From Eledone cirrhosa (Eukaryota): a DNA stretch of 64,000 bases. Within the stretch, counting starts at the first letter, position 1. The number at the start of each line of letters is the position of its first letter. The translations under genes and the position numbers were made by a program. The stretch covers positions 278,938,001-279,002,000 of the forward strand of contig OZ024741.1 in assembly GCA_964016885.1 (NCBI GenBank). The letters are read 5' to 3'. The notes under the pieces are model-generated. The model made no database searches, was not told the DNA's origin, and was given only the letters and a program-made list of their open reading frames with translations. Shown here piece after piece: positions 41,180 to 55,264 of this stretch.

Positions 41180-42031
41180 CCCAGATTTAATATAACATTA
41201 CAAGTGTTCTATCAAATATCAGTCTTTTTGTATCACGTATTCTACACATGTCTACATTATAAATAACTCTGTAGATATTTCAACGTTAATAAATTCACTC
41301 CACTTTTCACCACCTGGTCTTTGGAGACTTTTAGCAGTGTCCAATTTAATTCCAAATATTTTAATCCCAAATCCGCTCTGTGTATCGCTCAATATCTTAA
41401 TGTGTTGCTTTTTACTTCAACTCTCCAGCCTATAAACCAATGGTTTCTTTCTCCCCTCGCCGCCGCCACCTGTTTCATAGATGCAGAAAGAGAACGCGAG
41501 TAAGTAATGATGCATGCCACAGCTATATACACGTGTTTTTTCTAATTATGATCTTGTTTACAAATTTCCAATTTTTGTCGTTCATTTTTTTTTTTTTATT
41601 TTTTTTTTTTTTACAATTTACATTATGCAAATTTCTTGCAATATTTCGTTGCGATACCCCCTTGGATCAATTGGAATTCATAAGATGTTTGTACATTCCA
41701 ATTGATTCTTACCATTTCTAGGCTTTCTAAAGGAGTCTTTGGGAACAGAAATTCTATCTTCTTCAAGTAAACTTCAGAATATGGAAACATGGGTTTTATG
41801 TTCACTTTGTTTTTCTTCAAAATATTTACTCAAATGTGTTATGTCACTTTAACTAAAATTATGAAGCCGGTCATCCTTCTTCTTGAAAGACAGCGTTGTT
41901 GTTATGTCACTGAAATAACTATTGTTTCTACTTTTAGCACAAGGTCAGTAATTTAAAAGGAAGGAAAACGTCGATTAAAACTACCCCAATACGTTACTGG
42001 TACTTTATTTTATCGACCTCGTAAGGATGAA

Positions 42032-43350
42032 CGGTAGTAGTGGTAGTGGTAGTGGTAGTGGTACTAGTGGTGGTGGTGGTGTTGGTATTGATGATGGTGC
42101 TGCTGGTTATGGTGGTGGGGCTGCTGCTGGTGATGATACTGCTGCTGGTGGTGCTGCTGCTGGTACTGGTTTGGTGGTGCTGGTGGTGGTGATGGTGCTG
42201 GTGATGATACTGCTGGTGGTGGTGGTGATGGTGATGGTGATGATACTGCTGCTGGTGGTGCTGCTGCTGGTGCTGGTTTGGTGGTGCTGGTGGTGGTGAT
42301 GGTGATGGTGATGATACTGCTGGTGGTGGTGGTGATGGTGCTGGTGATGATACTGCTGGTGGTGGTAGTGATGGTGCTGGTGATGATACTGCTGGTGGTG
42401 ATGGTGATGGTGATGGTGATGATACTGCTGGTGGTGGTAGTGATGGTGGTGGTGATGATACTGCTGCTGGTGGTGCTGCTGCTGGTGCTGGTTTGGTGGT
42501 GCTGGTGGTGGTGGTGATGCTGGTGATGATACTGCTGGTGGTGGTAGTGATGGTGGTGGTGATGATACTGCTGCTGCTGGTACTGGTTTGGTGGTGCTGG
42601 TGGTGGTGATGGTGCTGGTGCTGGTGGTGGTGCTGGTGGTGGTGCTGGTGGTGGTGGTGATGGTGCTGGTGGTGGTGCTGGTGGTGGTGGTGATGGTGCT
42701 GGTGGTGGTGCTGGTGGTGGTGGTGATGGTGGTGCTGGTGGTGGTGCTGGTGGTGGTGGTGATGGTGCTGGTGGTGGTGCTGGTGGTGGTGCTGGTGGTG
42801 GTGGTGATGATGGTGCTGGTGGTGGTGCTGGTGGTGGTAGTGATGGTGCTGGTGGTGGTGCTGGTGGTGGTGCTGGTGGTGGTGGTGATGATGGTGCTGG
42901 TGGTGGTGCTGGTGGTGGTAGTGATGGTGCTGGTGGTGGTGCTGGTGGTGGTGCTGGTGGTGGTGCTGGTGGTGGTGGTGATGATGGTGCTGGTGGTGGT
43001 GCTGGTGGTGGTGCTGGTGGTGGTGGTGATGGTGGTGCTGGTGGTGGTGCTGGTGGTGGTGGTGATGGTGCTGGTGGTGGTGCTGGTGGTGGTGCTGGTG
43101 GTGGTGGTGATGATGGTGCTGGTGGTGGTGCTGGTGGTGGTAGTGATGGTGCTGGTGGTGGTGCTGGTGGTGGTGCTGGTGGTGGTGGTGATGATGGTGC
43201 TGGTGGTGGTGCTGGTGGTGGTAGTGGTGGTGCTGGTGGTGGTGCTGGTGGTGGTGCTGGTGGTGGTGCTGGTGGTGGTGGTGATGATGGTGCTGGTGGT
43301 GGTGCTGGTTTGGTGGTGCTGGTGGTGGTGGTGATGGTGCTGGTGGTGAG
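42032..43350. repeat. (GGT/GCT/GAT)n imperfect triplet repeat with higher-order periodicity
   Basis: Directly visible; grows out of a truncated SINE at 41920-42030. Confidence 0.95.
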
Positions 43351-43794
43351 GATGTTGGCAGGGAATGGGATTAAATAGCTTTTAGAATATTTCCATTCCA
43401 TCGCCTTCTGAAATCAAATCTTGCCGTGGTTAGCTTATGTTCTTCCCTGGTCAATAGACTAAGTACCAGCTATGTACTGAGTTCAAATCAATAGACAATA
43501 TACCTTCCTCTCCAAGCACCCGTCTCAATCTCCAAACAATGGGATAGGCTGTGAGGATACTGGGTGGCACAGTCCCCCCTCCACTTTCCTACTTTACAAT
43601 GATGCACCCTCAGATTTGAAAAAAAAAACTTTTTGAAATGTGTTCTTTGAAATAAAGTACCCACCCAGAATGTTCTAAAGCCTACCCCACCCTCCCCCTG
43701 ACATCACCACAGCCTCCAGCCATTAAAGTGACTAATCGATAACTCCTTAATATTAGTCTTGATACTTTAGATTCATGTCACCATCTTTGTCAAA

Positions 43795-43908
<114 letters not shown>

Positions 43909-43960
43909 GAGTAAAATGACAGGAGACTGGACTGGTGAAATTCCTTAAAGATTTATTATA

Positions 43961-44020
43961 AACACTACGCGCATTTAAATGACCGAGTTCTGCAGGAACC
44001 CCGTGACATCATCAAGTGTT
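43961..44020 (-). ncRNA. Degenerate hammerhead motif
   Basis: AACAC-TTGATGA-stem II (GGGTTC/GAACTC)-TTAAA-TGCGCG-TA-GTGTT; stem I AACAC/GTGTT intact, core mutated. Confidence 0.5.
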
Positions 44021-44602
44021 ACGAAATTTATCCAATAAAGGAATATAATAATGGTAGACACAAACCAAGGGGCTGAAAGTAGAGAGAAATGTTTAAGACC
44101 TGAAGGCGGCCAGAGCCAGCAGTTGCCAGGCTGGATGGCCGCCTTAATAATTAACTCCGTTCTCGCCCCACCATCAAGATTCAACATAAACGAAGATGGG
44201 TGAGTTGTATTACGTTGAGTGCTTTTCCTAATATTACATCACGGTTGACTATACGGAATGACCAGTCCTATCCAGTGGTCAACCAACAAACCTAAATGAA
44301 TATATATATATATATATATCATAAATCATGTCCTTAGAATTATTAGATAAAATATATACCATTTCCTCTCCCAATTAGCATAATTAACCATATAAAAAAT
44401 CAATTAGACCAAGCTATAAGAATAAAGGCTCTTATGAAGAAATTTCCGACAAATAACCGAAAGCGGCCTCTTCGCGGTGGCCCCGATAGAGTATTTATCC
44501 AACATTTCAACAGTATGTAGAAACTGACTAAATATACCGTCAACCATACACAATTAGGTGTAAATTCAAACTTAGAAGAAATGTGTACATACCGTAATTA
44601 TA

Positions 44603-44678
44603 TCTCTACCATGGTTTCGTCCGTATTTTTAGACATCCAATTAACAGAATATATCCAGAGTATCGGACTCATCAGGAG
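44603..44678 (-). ncRNA. Type I hammerhead with long stem II and palindromic stem III
   Basis: CTC-CTGATGA-GTCCG...CGGAC-GAAAC-CATG-GTA-GAG. Confidence 0.85.
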
Positions 44679-45044
44679 TAAACTCAAAATTAGATATTTA
44701 ATTTTCCAAAGTGATCGCGCCAAAAATAGATTCAAAAATGGCTAAGAATCGTGACGTGGCAGTAGTCAAGTTAGAAAGAATCAGAGGTATATATTGAGTT
44801 AGAAACTCAAAATAGTCTCTTACAATTAAATAGCTCAAAGAAAGAAGTTTTTCTGAGCTGTGTAATACAATGGAATATAAAAGAGAGATAAACACAAATA
44901 GAAACATACATGTGTTCGAATTATAAGGGACCAAGTTCGCTAGGGTAAAAAAAATACTAACTATAACAATATGGTTTGCCAGACTTAATTTAAAGTAATA
45001 AATCAAGAAAAAGAAAAACAAACCTATATTGGGCAACTGCCTGA

Positions 45045-45122
45045 ACACCCAGACAGCGTTGGTAGCTGTTTCGCAATTATTTAACGAAGGAAATTAACAA
45101 TTCATTGCTCTTCAGTGGGTGT
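45045..45122 (-). ncRNA. Canonical type I hammerhead ribozyme
   Basis: ACACCCA-CTGAAGA-GCAAT...ATTGC-GAAAC-AGC TACCAAC GCT-GTC-TGGGTGT: 7-bp stem I, 5-bp stem II, 5-bp stem III, GUC triplet. Confidence 0.92.
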
Positions 45123-45304
45123 AAAAATTAGTAGTTCCTCCACTTCTAAGTATATCAGAAGACTGAATAGTATGCGAATGTAAAATAATGCACATGGCAT
45201 CAGAACCCAGCGTGTCTCATAAACATACGCTGCTAAAAATAGCAGCCGAGTTTACACGACATTTAAATTAGCTCGACAAGAAGGAGCCGACAATATATAT
45301 ATAT

Positions 45305-46461
45305 ATATTGTTATACTTGGGGAGGGTCATATTTGTGTAATATTGCCAGAATTAATAACAGAACACACTCACTGTTTGGTTGGTTTTCGCTTTTCGCTTC
45401 TGTGTCTTTTATATCGGTAATCTAATTTATTCGGTCCTCAATGTTGCCATTGACTGACCAGCGGTCAAAAATAATACAGATACAATATAGACACACACAC
45501 ATATATATAGTTTATCAAAGTTCTTTCGTTGCACAACTGCAACATCGTCAGTGGTGCTATTGTTTCCTCCCGTTACATTGCATTTTGTATTTTCTACGCC
45601 ATCTTTATTTAGTCTGTTTATATATTTATTTATTTGTTTATTTTATTTTGTCTTCTTTGCGCATGCGTTTGCGTGTGTGTATAGTGTTTTGTTTGATGTG
45701 TGTTCGTGATTGGGTGACTGTGTATTGGTTAATGTATTCTATCTTTACTAGTGTGTGTTTATATGTGTTTGTTGTTATTTTGCTTGTGTATGTATTTATT
45801 TATTTATTTATTTATTTATTTACACTTCTCTTAGGTCAGTGTTGTTTGTTTGGGTGTTGTTGTTATTCCATTCATTCTTTCTGTTTAGCCTTGGCCTTCT
45901 AAGTTCTATTTCACTGGCCTCTCTGATTTGCCTCTCTGATAAATAAATAAATAGATAAATAAATAAATAAATACATACACAAGCACAATAACAACAAACA
46001 CATATAAACACACACTAGTAAAGATAGAATACATTAACCAATACACAGTCACCCAATCATGAACACACATCAAACAAAACACTATACACACACGCAAACG
46101 CATGCGCAAAGAAGACAAAATAAAATAAACAAATAAATAAATATATAAACAGACTAAATAAAGATGGCGTAGAAAATACAAAATGCAATGTAACGGGAGG
46201 AAACAATAGCACCACTGACGATGTTGCAGTTGTGCAACGAAAGAACTTTGATAAACTATATATATGTGTTTGTGTCTATATTGAATCTGTATTATTTTTT
46301 ACCGCTGGTCAGTCAATGGCAACATTGAGGACCGAATAAATTAGATTACCGATATAAAAGACACAGAAGCGAAAAGCGAAAACCAACCAAACAGTGAGTG
46401 TGTTCTGTTATTAATTCTGGCAATATTACTCAAATATGATCCTCCCCAAGTATAACAATAT
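45305..46461. repeat. Large inverted repeat (about 515-bp arms, about 118-bp spacer) with mirror HHR-like cores
   Basis: Matching translations on opposite strands; CTGACGA-TGTTGC..GCAAC-GAAA-GAACTT at 46215-46248(+) and its mirror near 45515-45552(-). Confidence 0.92.
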
Positions 46462-46499
46462 TTGTTTCGACACACGATTTCATATCAAAAACCTCGCAA

Positions 46500-46579
<80 letters not shown>

Positions 46580-46856
46580 AAATATCAAAGTATGTTTTGT
46601 TTTTCACAAAGTAACACACAAGATAGTGAAAAACAATAGGAGATATAACCATCTGAAGCAGAAACGGTAGGCATAATCGTCTGTGGAACTCGAACCTCAA
46701 ATCTGGTGTACATATCTTTTATAATAAATCATAAGAGTCATATAACAGCCACTTTATGGTAGATTTGTTTGGGAAATAGTAATTTGATATCTTCTTCCTT
46801 CCTACCTCTCTCTCTCTCTCTATCTCTCTATCTCTCTCATTCTGTCTCCCTCTCTT

Positions 46857-46949
<93 letters not shown>

Positions 46950-47241
46950 ACAGTATTGACAACATCGTCAGTATTCAAACAGGCAGCTATCTATAGTGAT
47001 CTACTAATGTATCTATCTTTGGACAAAAGTACAGCAACATGTCTAAAAGCCCAAACGGGGAGAAATGAGGCAAAATTGGGAGATTTTACGTAATGAAAAC
47101 TATACCAATTTTCATAAGGGAAGACATCTCTCACAAAGTGGGTGAGAGTTCTTCCCGTCCGACGGGGAGAGTTGAGAGCTCTGCCCTCGTAACAGCATTG
47201 AGTGTAAACCGCCTGTAACTATAGTTACACACTTATCTACC

Positions 47242-47275
<34 letters not shown>

Positions 47276-47392
47276 ATATGTATGCATATATATATATATA
47301 TATATACAATATATACATTAAATTTAGCTCTGTAACTTACATAGAACACTCTTCACTCCTATGACTTTTTCAATTTTCAACGGAAACTTCAA

Positions 47393-47450
<58 letters not shown>

Positions 47451-47454
<4 letters not shown>

Positions 47455-47884
47455 AATCAGAAAGAACAGAAAGATGCAGTAAAAGAGATTTATTCGGTTC
47501 TAACGTACGTTTCAATAGACATCAATTTGCCTAGATCTCGCTGCATCTATAATATTATATAGTTAGTAGAGTATTCGACATCCAATGCATAATCGATTCC
47601 ATATCATCAGAGATTATATTTACCGTACCAGAATGTTCAGGTTTTTATAGGAATTCATGTGAAGTTGAAGTAGAGAAGAAGGAGGATGTGACAAAGACGA
47701 GAGAGATCGGGGGGGGGGGGGGGTCATGATATGGAATCGATTATGCATTGGATGTCGAATGCTCTACTAACTATATAATATTATAGATGCAGCGAGATCT
47801 AGGCAAATTGATGTCTATTGAAACGTACGTTAGAACCGAATAAATCTCTTTTACTGCATCTTTCTGTTCTTTTTGATTCTTTAT
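47451..47884. repeat. Inverted repeat (about 157-bp arms) with an HHR at 47499-47613(-)
   Basis: TCT-CTGATGA-(about 95-nt stem-loop II)-TGAAAC-GTAC-GTT-AGA; the right arm breaks within the core. Confidence 0.8.
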
Positions 47885-48025
47885 ACACGCCCCGGAGTAT
47901 AGCTAAACTGGAATATACACCTATTTTCTGCATTTCGTTGAGCACCACTCTGTTGTAAGCTGACATTCCCCTACACGGTACATAACACTGTGTCCTGGAA
48001 AACCTTAATGCACTCGTGCATAACC

Positions 48026-48109
<84 letters not shown>

Positions 48110-48295
48110 CCCCACTATCCGGGAGCTTCCAACAGAAATGGTCGCATTCTTTAAGGGTATGTCAATATTTATTTATAAAACTGCTCTATATTTTATCTGA
48201 TGAAAGCACACCATAATTTAACTTGGTGTCCTTGAAATATGTATAATGAAATAAATATGGTTTTATAAATATAGTTTCCATTTGTTAATATATCG

Positions 48296-48327
<32 letters not shown>

Positions 48328-48477
48328 TAAAGTTTTATGTATAACATAAAGCAAAACATGTTCTCCTCAGACAAAATATATAGAAAATGTATAATTTTTT
48401 CTATATATTTTGTCTGAGAAGAACATGTTTTGCTTTATGTTATACATAAAACTTTACATCTTCGAAATATATATAAT
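48110..48477 (+). mobile_element. TA-embedded HHR elements, family C (HHR at 48191-48250) plus fold-back hairpin 48328-48456
   Basis: TTTAT-CTGATGA-AAG..CTT-GAAA-TATGTA-TA-ATGAA; a second motif TTTTGT-CTGAGAA-GAA..TTC-GAAATATATATAAT at 48408-48477. Confidence 0.7.
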
Positions 48478-49094
48478 TGTTTCTACTTTTGGCACAAGGC
48501 CAGCAATTATCCAGTGCATTACTGGTACTTTATTTTATCGACCTCGTAAGGATGAAAGGCAAAGTCAACCTCGGCGGGATTTGAACTCAGTCCGTAAAGG
48601 GATGTAACTGTGCTGCAAAGCATGGCGTCCGACCCTCTACCGCTACTGCCAATCCACATATATATAAATATAGATGATATAAAGTGTATATCTTTCGTTA
48701 GATAGATAGATAGATAGATAGATATGTTTCTAGATAGATATGTTTCTTTATTAGCCACAGGGGCACACAAGAAGGGGACAAATACAAAGGGGGAAGTTTA
48801 CATACAATAAAAACGTTTCTAGATAGATAGATAGATAGATATGTAGATGTACCAAATATTCAGTAATGGATGTGGTTGCGAATAAGATAATAGCTGTGGG
48901 CGTAGTGGTGCTGTTGATGGTGGTGGTAGTGGTGGTTGGTGGTGATGGTGGTGATGGTGGTGGTGGTGGTTATGGGGGAGGTGAATAGAATATACGTATG
49001 TTAGCGAACTGTGTCTATAAATAACTGTTTTGCCTTCTAAAAACTATATATAGTGTACCACTACTACCACCACCACCACCACCACCACCACTAT

Positions 49095-49132
<38 letters not shown>

Positions 49133-49463
49133 ATAAAATGGTGGTGGGTGGAAGCTGCGGTGTGAGTTAACGACTCTCCTAGATCTACAGGAACATCAGG
49201 GCTGGAATTGTTACGTAGTTATTTCTATACACTAAGTACGGGGGCACAGCTTAGTGGAGGGTGGTGGAGATTCCGACCAGTTAGAGAAGATGTAAAGGAA
49301 AGGAGGAGGAGGAGGAGGAGGAGGAGAGAAAGAGAGACAACCATGGGTAGAAAGAAAGAATGAAAGAAAGAATGGTGGGCGGTGAAGTTGATAATATTTG
49401 AGTGGGTTACGGGGAGGGGAATGTGTGGGTTTAAACATTATAGTGGCGACAGCAACTACCGTG

Positions 49464-49545
<82 letters not shown>

Positions 49546-50112
49546 TAGTAGTAGTAGTAGTGGTGGTGGTGGTGGTAGGTGTTGTAGTGAAATGAAAGTA
49601 GTGGTAGTAATGGTGGTAGTGGTGGTGGTAGTAGTAGTAGTAGTGGTAGGGGTGGTGGTGGTGGTGGTGGTGGTGGTGGTGATGGTGGTGGCGGTGGTGG
49701 TGGTGGTGGTGGTGATGGTGATGGTGGTGGTGGTAGTAGGTGTTGTAGTGAAAGTAGTGGTTGTGATGGTGGTAGTAGTAGTAGTAGTGGTAGTGGTAGT
49801 GGTGGTGGTGGTGACGGCAACGTGCTGCTTCAGCTATTTATAGAAATATGTTAGAGAAAACGAGAAAAGACGTGCGCGTGTATGTATACATGTATACATG
49901 TATGCATGTGTGCATGTGTGTATGTGTATATGTGTATATGTGTATGTATGAGAGAACAAAAAAGAGAGTTTATGTACATCAAAGTATAAATATGATCCCC
50001 TTCTGCACTCTTTCGTCCCCTTCCTCCTTCTTCTCTCTCTCCCCTTTCTCATTTACTCTGATCATCGTTAGTTTGCCTCCGACTGCATGTTTATGTATGT
50101 GTGATATCCATG

Positions 50113-50151
<39 letters not shown>

Positions 50152-50249
50152 ATGTACGTGTGTGTGTGTATGTGCGTGTAATTTCGTATCTATGCATACT
50201 TATGCGCAGGTTTGTTTTTCCGGTGACGGGAGGTGGTGGTGGTGGTAGT

Positions 50250-50284
<35 letters not shown>

Positions 50285-50559
50285 GTATGAATGTGTGTAT
50301 TTTTATTTATTTGCGTGCGAATGTTTTTACGAATGTTTGTGCGAATATGTGCGGGTTCGTATTTGTGTGTGAGTGTTTTCTTTATTTGCGTGCGCATGTT
50401 TGTATATGATGCAGATGGGAGGGGGGAGAGCTGGAAAGGAAGTAATGTTAGAGGAAAGTGAAGAGGGGGGGATGGCGGTTAAGAAGAAGAGAGGAGAGGA
50501 GAGGAGAGGAGAGGGGAAAGAAGTGGCGGCGAAAATCGGTTATATGAATGGCTGACAGA

Positions 50560-50660
50560 ACCGTCCAATGAAATGTAATTTACAAGAGAGGGAAGGAAAG
50601 AACGCGTAACAAACACTAGATTATATAAAGAGGTCGGGGTGAAAAGACTGGGCAGAAGTG
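50560..50660 (+). promoter_or_regulatory. Candidate Pol II promoter (CCAAT and TATA boxes)
   Basis: CCAAT at 50565-50569 and TATATAAAG at 50622-50630, in unique sequence. Confidence 0.3.
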
Positions 50661-51511
50661 AAATAACGCACTACCCTACAAAACTGGTAACACGTGCATC
50701 AAATGAGAACTCCACGTATACTTGCGAGATTTCGTATGATTAAAAAACATATAAAAAAAGAGTGAAAGAGAGAAAAGGAAAACAAAAATAATAATAAGAG
50801 TGAGATTTTTAACTGTTTTCTTTTATAATACCTGTATATATATAAAAACATACATACACACACACTCACACACACACAGACACACATATATATATGTGTG
50901 TATATATATATGAACAGTTTCATTGAGAACTTATTGAAGACTATAAAAGCAAACGGCCATAATAAGGAAACAAAGCCAAAACAAAAACAAACAAACAAAA
51001 ACAGAACATTTCAATATTGCAGTTGATTAACATATAATTAATTCAGTACAGTAACCAGAAAAGAAATTCTGATTTTGGCCTTACAATTTAAAAAAAAACA
51101 AAAACAAAAAAAAAATATTTAAATATATATATATATATATAAAGAAAAAAGAAAAATATTTTTTGAAAAAAATTCAGGAAAAAACAACCCCAGAAAAAAA
51201 AATTAAAAACAAAGCAAACACAAAGGATAAACATCATTAAATAAAAATATAAATGAAGAAAAATAAATAGATAAACCAAAAACAAAAGAAACTTCAGAAG
51301 ATAAAGGCAAAGATAAAAAAAAATACAGAAAAGGAAAAAACAATACATATTTTACCAGTGAGGTTATTAATTTGTCATTCATTCTTGAGTACCAAAATCG
51401 AAACACGGAAACCGGTAAGACTACAATATTTATTTGAGATAAGTTTTTAGAAGTTTGTATTTTTGAAAGATATTGGAATGATTACGCATCTATAATCTAT
51501 CTATCTCCCTA

Positions 51512-51598
<87 letters not shown>

Positions 51599-51757
51599 GG
51601 TAATATTAATAAATGTGAAGACTAAAATGCGAAGAGGGTTCGATAAGGATAATATATATATAAATATATATATAAACCGGAGAGCAAATATTTATTAAAA
51701 TAACAACTAAAAGTTTAAGCAAAGAATCGCTGCTTTCACCCTTAACGAGATCTTCTG

Positions 51758-51836
<79 letters not shown>

Positions 51837-51928
51837 CATGTATATATATATACATATACATGTATATATATATACATATACATGTATATATATATACATA
51901 TACATGTATATATATATACATATATATG

Positions 51929-51968
<40 letters not shown>

Positions 51969-51996
51969 TATACATGTATATATATATACATATATA

Positions 51997-52105
<109 letters not shown>

Positions 52106-52131
52106 GTATGTATGTATAGCAAACTTAATAT

Positions 52132-52255
52132 AGGGATTTCCTGATGATTTCTTTCGAATGAGACAGTTCTAGTTTTGTAGAAGCCCTTTCTATATTAAAT
52201 TTAATATTTACCCTCTACTAATGTATTGAGTACCCTATTTACTTTGGTTACCTCC

Positions 52256-52258
<3 letters not shown>
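52132..52258 (+). mobile_element. TA-embedded HHR element, family D (degenerate copy)
   Basis: Homologous to 57091-57200. Confidence 0.65.
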
Positions 52259-52341
<83 letters not shown>

Positions 52342-52343
<2 letters not shown>

Positions 52344-52515
52344 GATATTAAATAAATGGAAACTATATTTATAAAACCATATTTATTTCATTATATATAT
52401 TTCAGGGATATCATATTAAAAATATGGTATGCCTTCTTCAGACAAAATACAATATAAACAGTCTTATAAATAGATAGATTTGACATACCTTACAACTTCA
52501 ACTTCCATTTAAAAA
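52342..52515 (-). mobile_element. Family C copy with HHR at 52386-52447
   Basis: Reverse complement reads TTTTGT-CTGAAGA-AGG..CCT-GAAA-TATATA-TA-ATGAAA. Confidence 0.75.
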
Positions 52516-52583
52516 GTTGATATATATATATATTATGAAATACTGTGTGCTTCTTGCTCATAATAATTTCTATACTTTTCATT

Positions 52584-52618
<35 letters not shown>

Positions 52619-52695
52619 ATATATATATATAGTTTAGGACATATATATATATATATAATAATGATAATAATAATAGTAAGAAACGGAATATACGT

Positions 52696-52731
<36 letters not shown>

Positions 52732-52976
52732 AGTGAGTCGGGCCCGACATATATTTGTTTAATAAAAAGACCCTTTGATAAAAGACAGTAAGATAAATTA
52801 TATATAAGTTTGTATTCAGCTTCTTCGTTCTTTCGTCTTTTACGTCGTCTGCTTTGGAGATACTTTACTTGTATTAATCAACCGGTGAAAAAAAATTTAA
52901 TTAGCCCACTTAAATGAGGTAGGAATTTTCTCCCATTATTTATCATCGTCATCATCATCAACATTTCTCATCATTG

Positions 52977-53019
<43 letters not shown>

Positions 53020-53121
53020 ATTTATTTAAAATCTTATTATTTTACTGTATTATCTCAGTACAGACACATTTTGTAACACAAATCTGTATATATATAATAT
53101 ATATATATATGCATATGTATG

Positions 53122-53183
<62 letters not shown>

Positions 53184-53241
53184 TAAATATATATATAACT
53201 ATATATATATCATATATATGTATATATACAGTATATATATG

Positions 53242-53272
<31 letters not shown>

Positions 53273-53321
53273 ATAACGTATATAATGTATATATATAATA
53301 TATGTATTATATACATATTTA

Positions 53322-53388
<67 letters not shown>

Positions 53389-53446
53389 TAAATATATATA
53401 TAACTATATATATATCATATATATGTATATATACAGTATATATATG

Positions 53447-53477
<31 letters not shown>

Positions 53478-53526
53478 ATAACGTATATAATGTATATATA
53501 TAATATATGTATTATATACATATTTA

Positions 53527-53673
<147 letters not shown>

Positions 53674-53674
53674 T

Positions 53675-53743
<69 letters not shown>

Positions 53744-53762
53744 TTATATATATATATATATA

Positions 53763-53831
<69 letters not shown>

Positions 53832-53832
53832 T

Positions 53833-53868
<36 letters not shown>

Positions 53869-54446
53869 CATACACACACACATAAGTTTGGTAGGATATT
53901 GTCCAGTATTGTCCCGAACCATGTCTAACTTAACAACACTATGTAGAGTGTTTGCGTTATATTTTAGCAAGGGAACCTTGACTTGAGTGATTTCAAAAGT
54001 TGATCCCAGCATCGCTTCAGCAGTGTTAAAGGAATATAGAGTTTGAGATTTTCGTACCGATCCCGGTAATCAAGTCCTGTCATGCCGCATAAGTTTCCTC
54101 ATATATATATATAACAACTAGAAATTGATTAACATATAAATAAACATATGAAACAATCACGGAAGATTAATCATATTATAAGGTATCTATTTTTGAAGTT
54201 CTAGTTAACTTTATATAGTTACTTACCTAGCTATGTGTGCTTACACACTTGTAAAAATTTTCCCCTGTGATTGTTTCATATGTTTATTTATATGTTAATC
54301 AATTTCTAGTTGTTATAAAATGCTCGGACCTATTCATTAGAATCTTGGAGCTTATTTTACGGGTGATATGGCGCATGCCTTTCTGGCATGACACCCATAA
54401 TTTTGATTTAGATTAAATTCACTTTGATTTATCTTAATTTTGTATA

Positions 54447-54496
<50 letters not shown>

Positions 54497-54722
54497 AACC
54501 AGAATTAGCCGTCGAAACGGCTTGAGCTCAGCTGTCGGGGTCTTACTGGTTCCTATTACCCACTCTACTACCTCAAGTATTGAGTACTTTGGTGCGTTAT
54601 GGTCCACCTGGTTCCTTACCACATTTCCTTCGTTATATATATATATATATATATATATAGTTAAATCTTAGACAGGAACAAAAACAGAGAAGCAGTACAA
54701 ATATTAGTTTATTAGGTTCACG

Positions 54723-54766
<44 letters not shown>

Positions 54767-54877
54767 AACGAGTAGGACCCGGGGTCCTACTCGTTCCTAT
54801 TGCCCACTCTACTACCCTAAGTATTGAGTACTTTGGTGCATTATGGTCCACCTGGTTCCTTACTACATTTCCTTCGT

Positions 54878-54920
<43 letters not shown>

Positions 54921-55171
54921 ATTGAAAGTATGTTAGCTTAACTTTAACGTAAGTTTTGCTTACTATGAAAAAAAGTGGAAAATGTTGAAATAGTCTAAAT
55001 ATATATATATTGAATTAATTGTATTCCCGAAACATTGAACAGGTGATTATGCCTCACGTTTCTCTCTTTAGAGGCTTATATGCCCAACTTTTTTGACTAT
55101 TTTTCATAGTAAGAAAAACTTACGTTAAAGTTAAGCTAACATACTTTAAAGTATGTTAGCTTAACTTTAAC

Positions 55172-55264
<93 letters not shown>

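Noticed and set aside
42064-43401. Proline-rich or extensin-like protein
   Set aside because: Translation of a triplet repeat bounded by SINE fragments.
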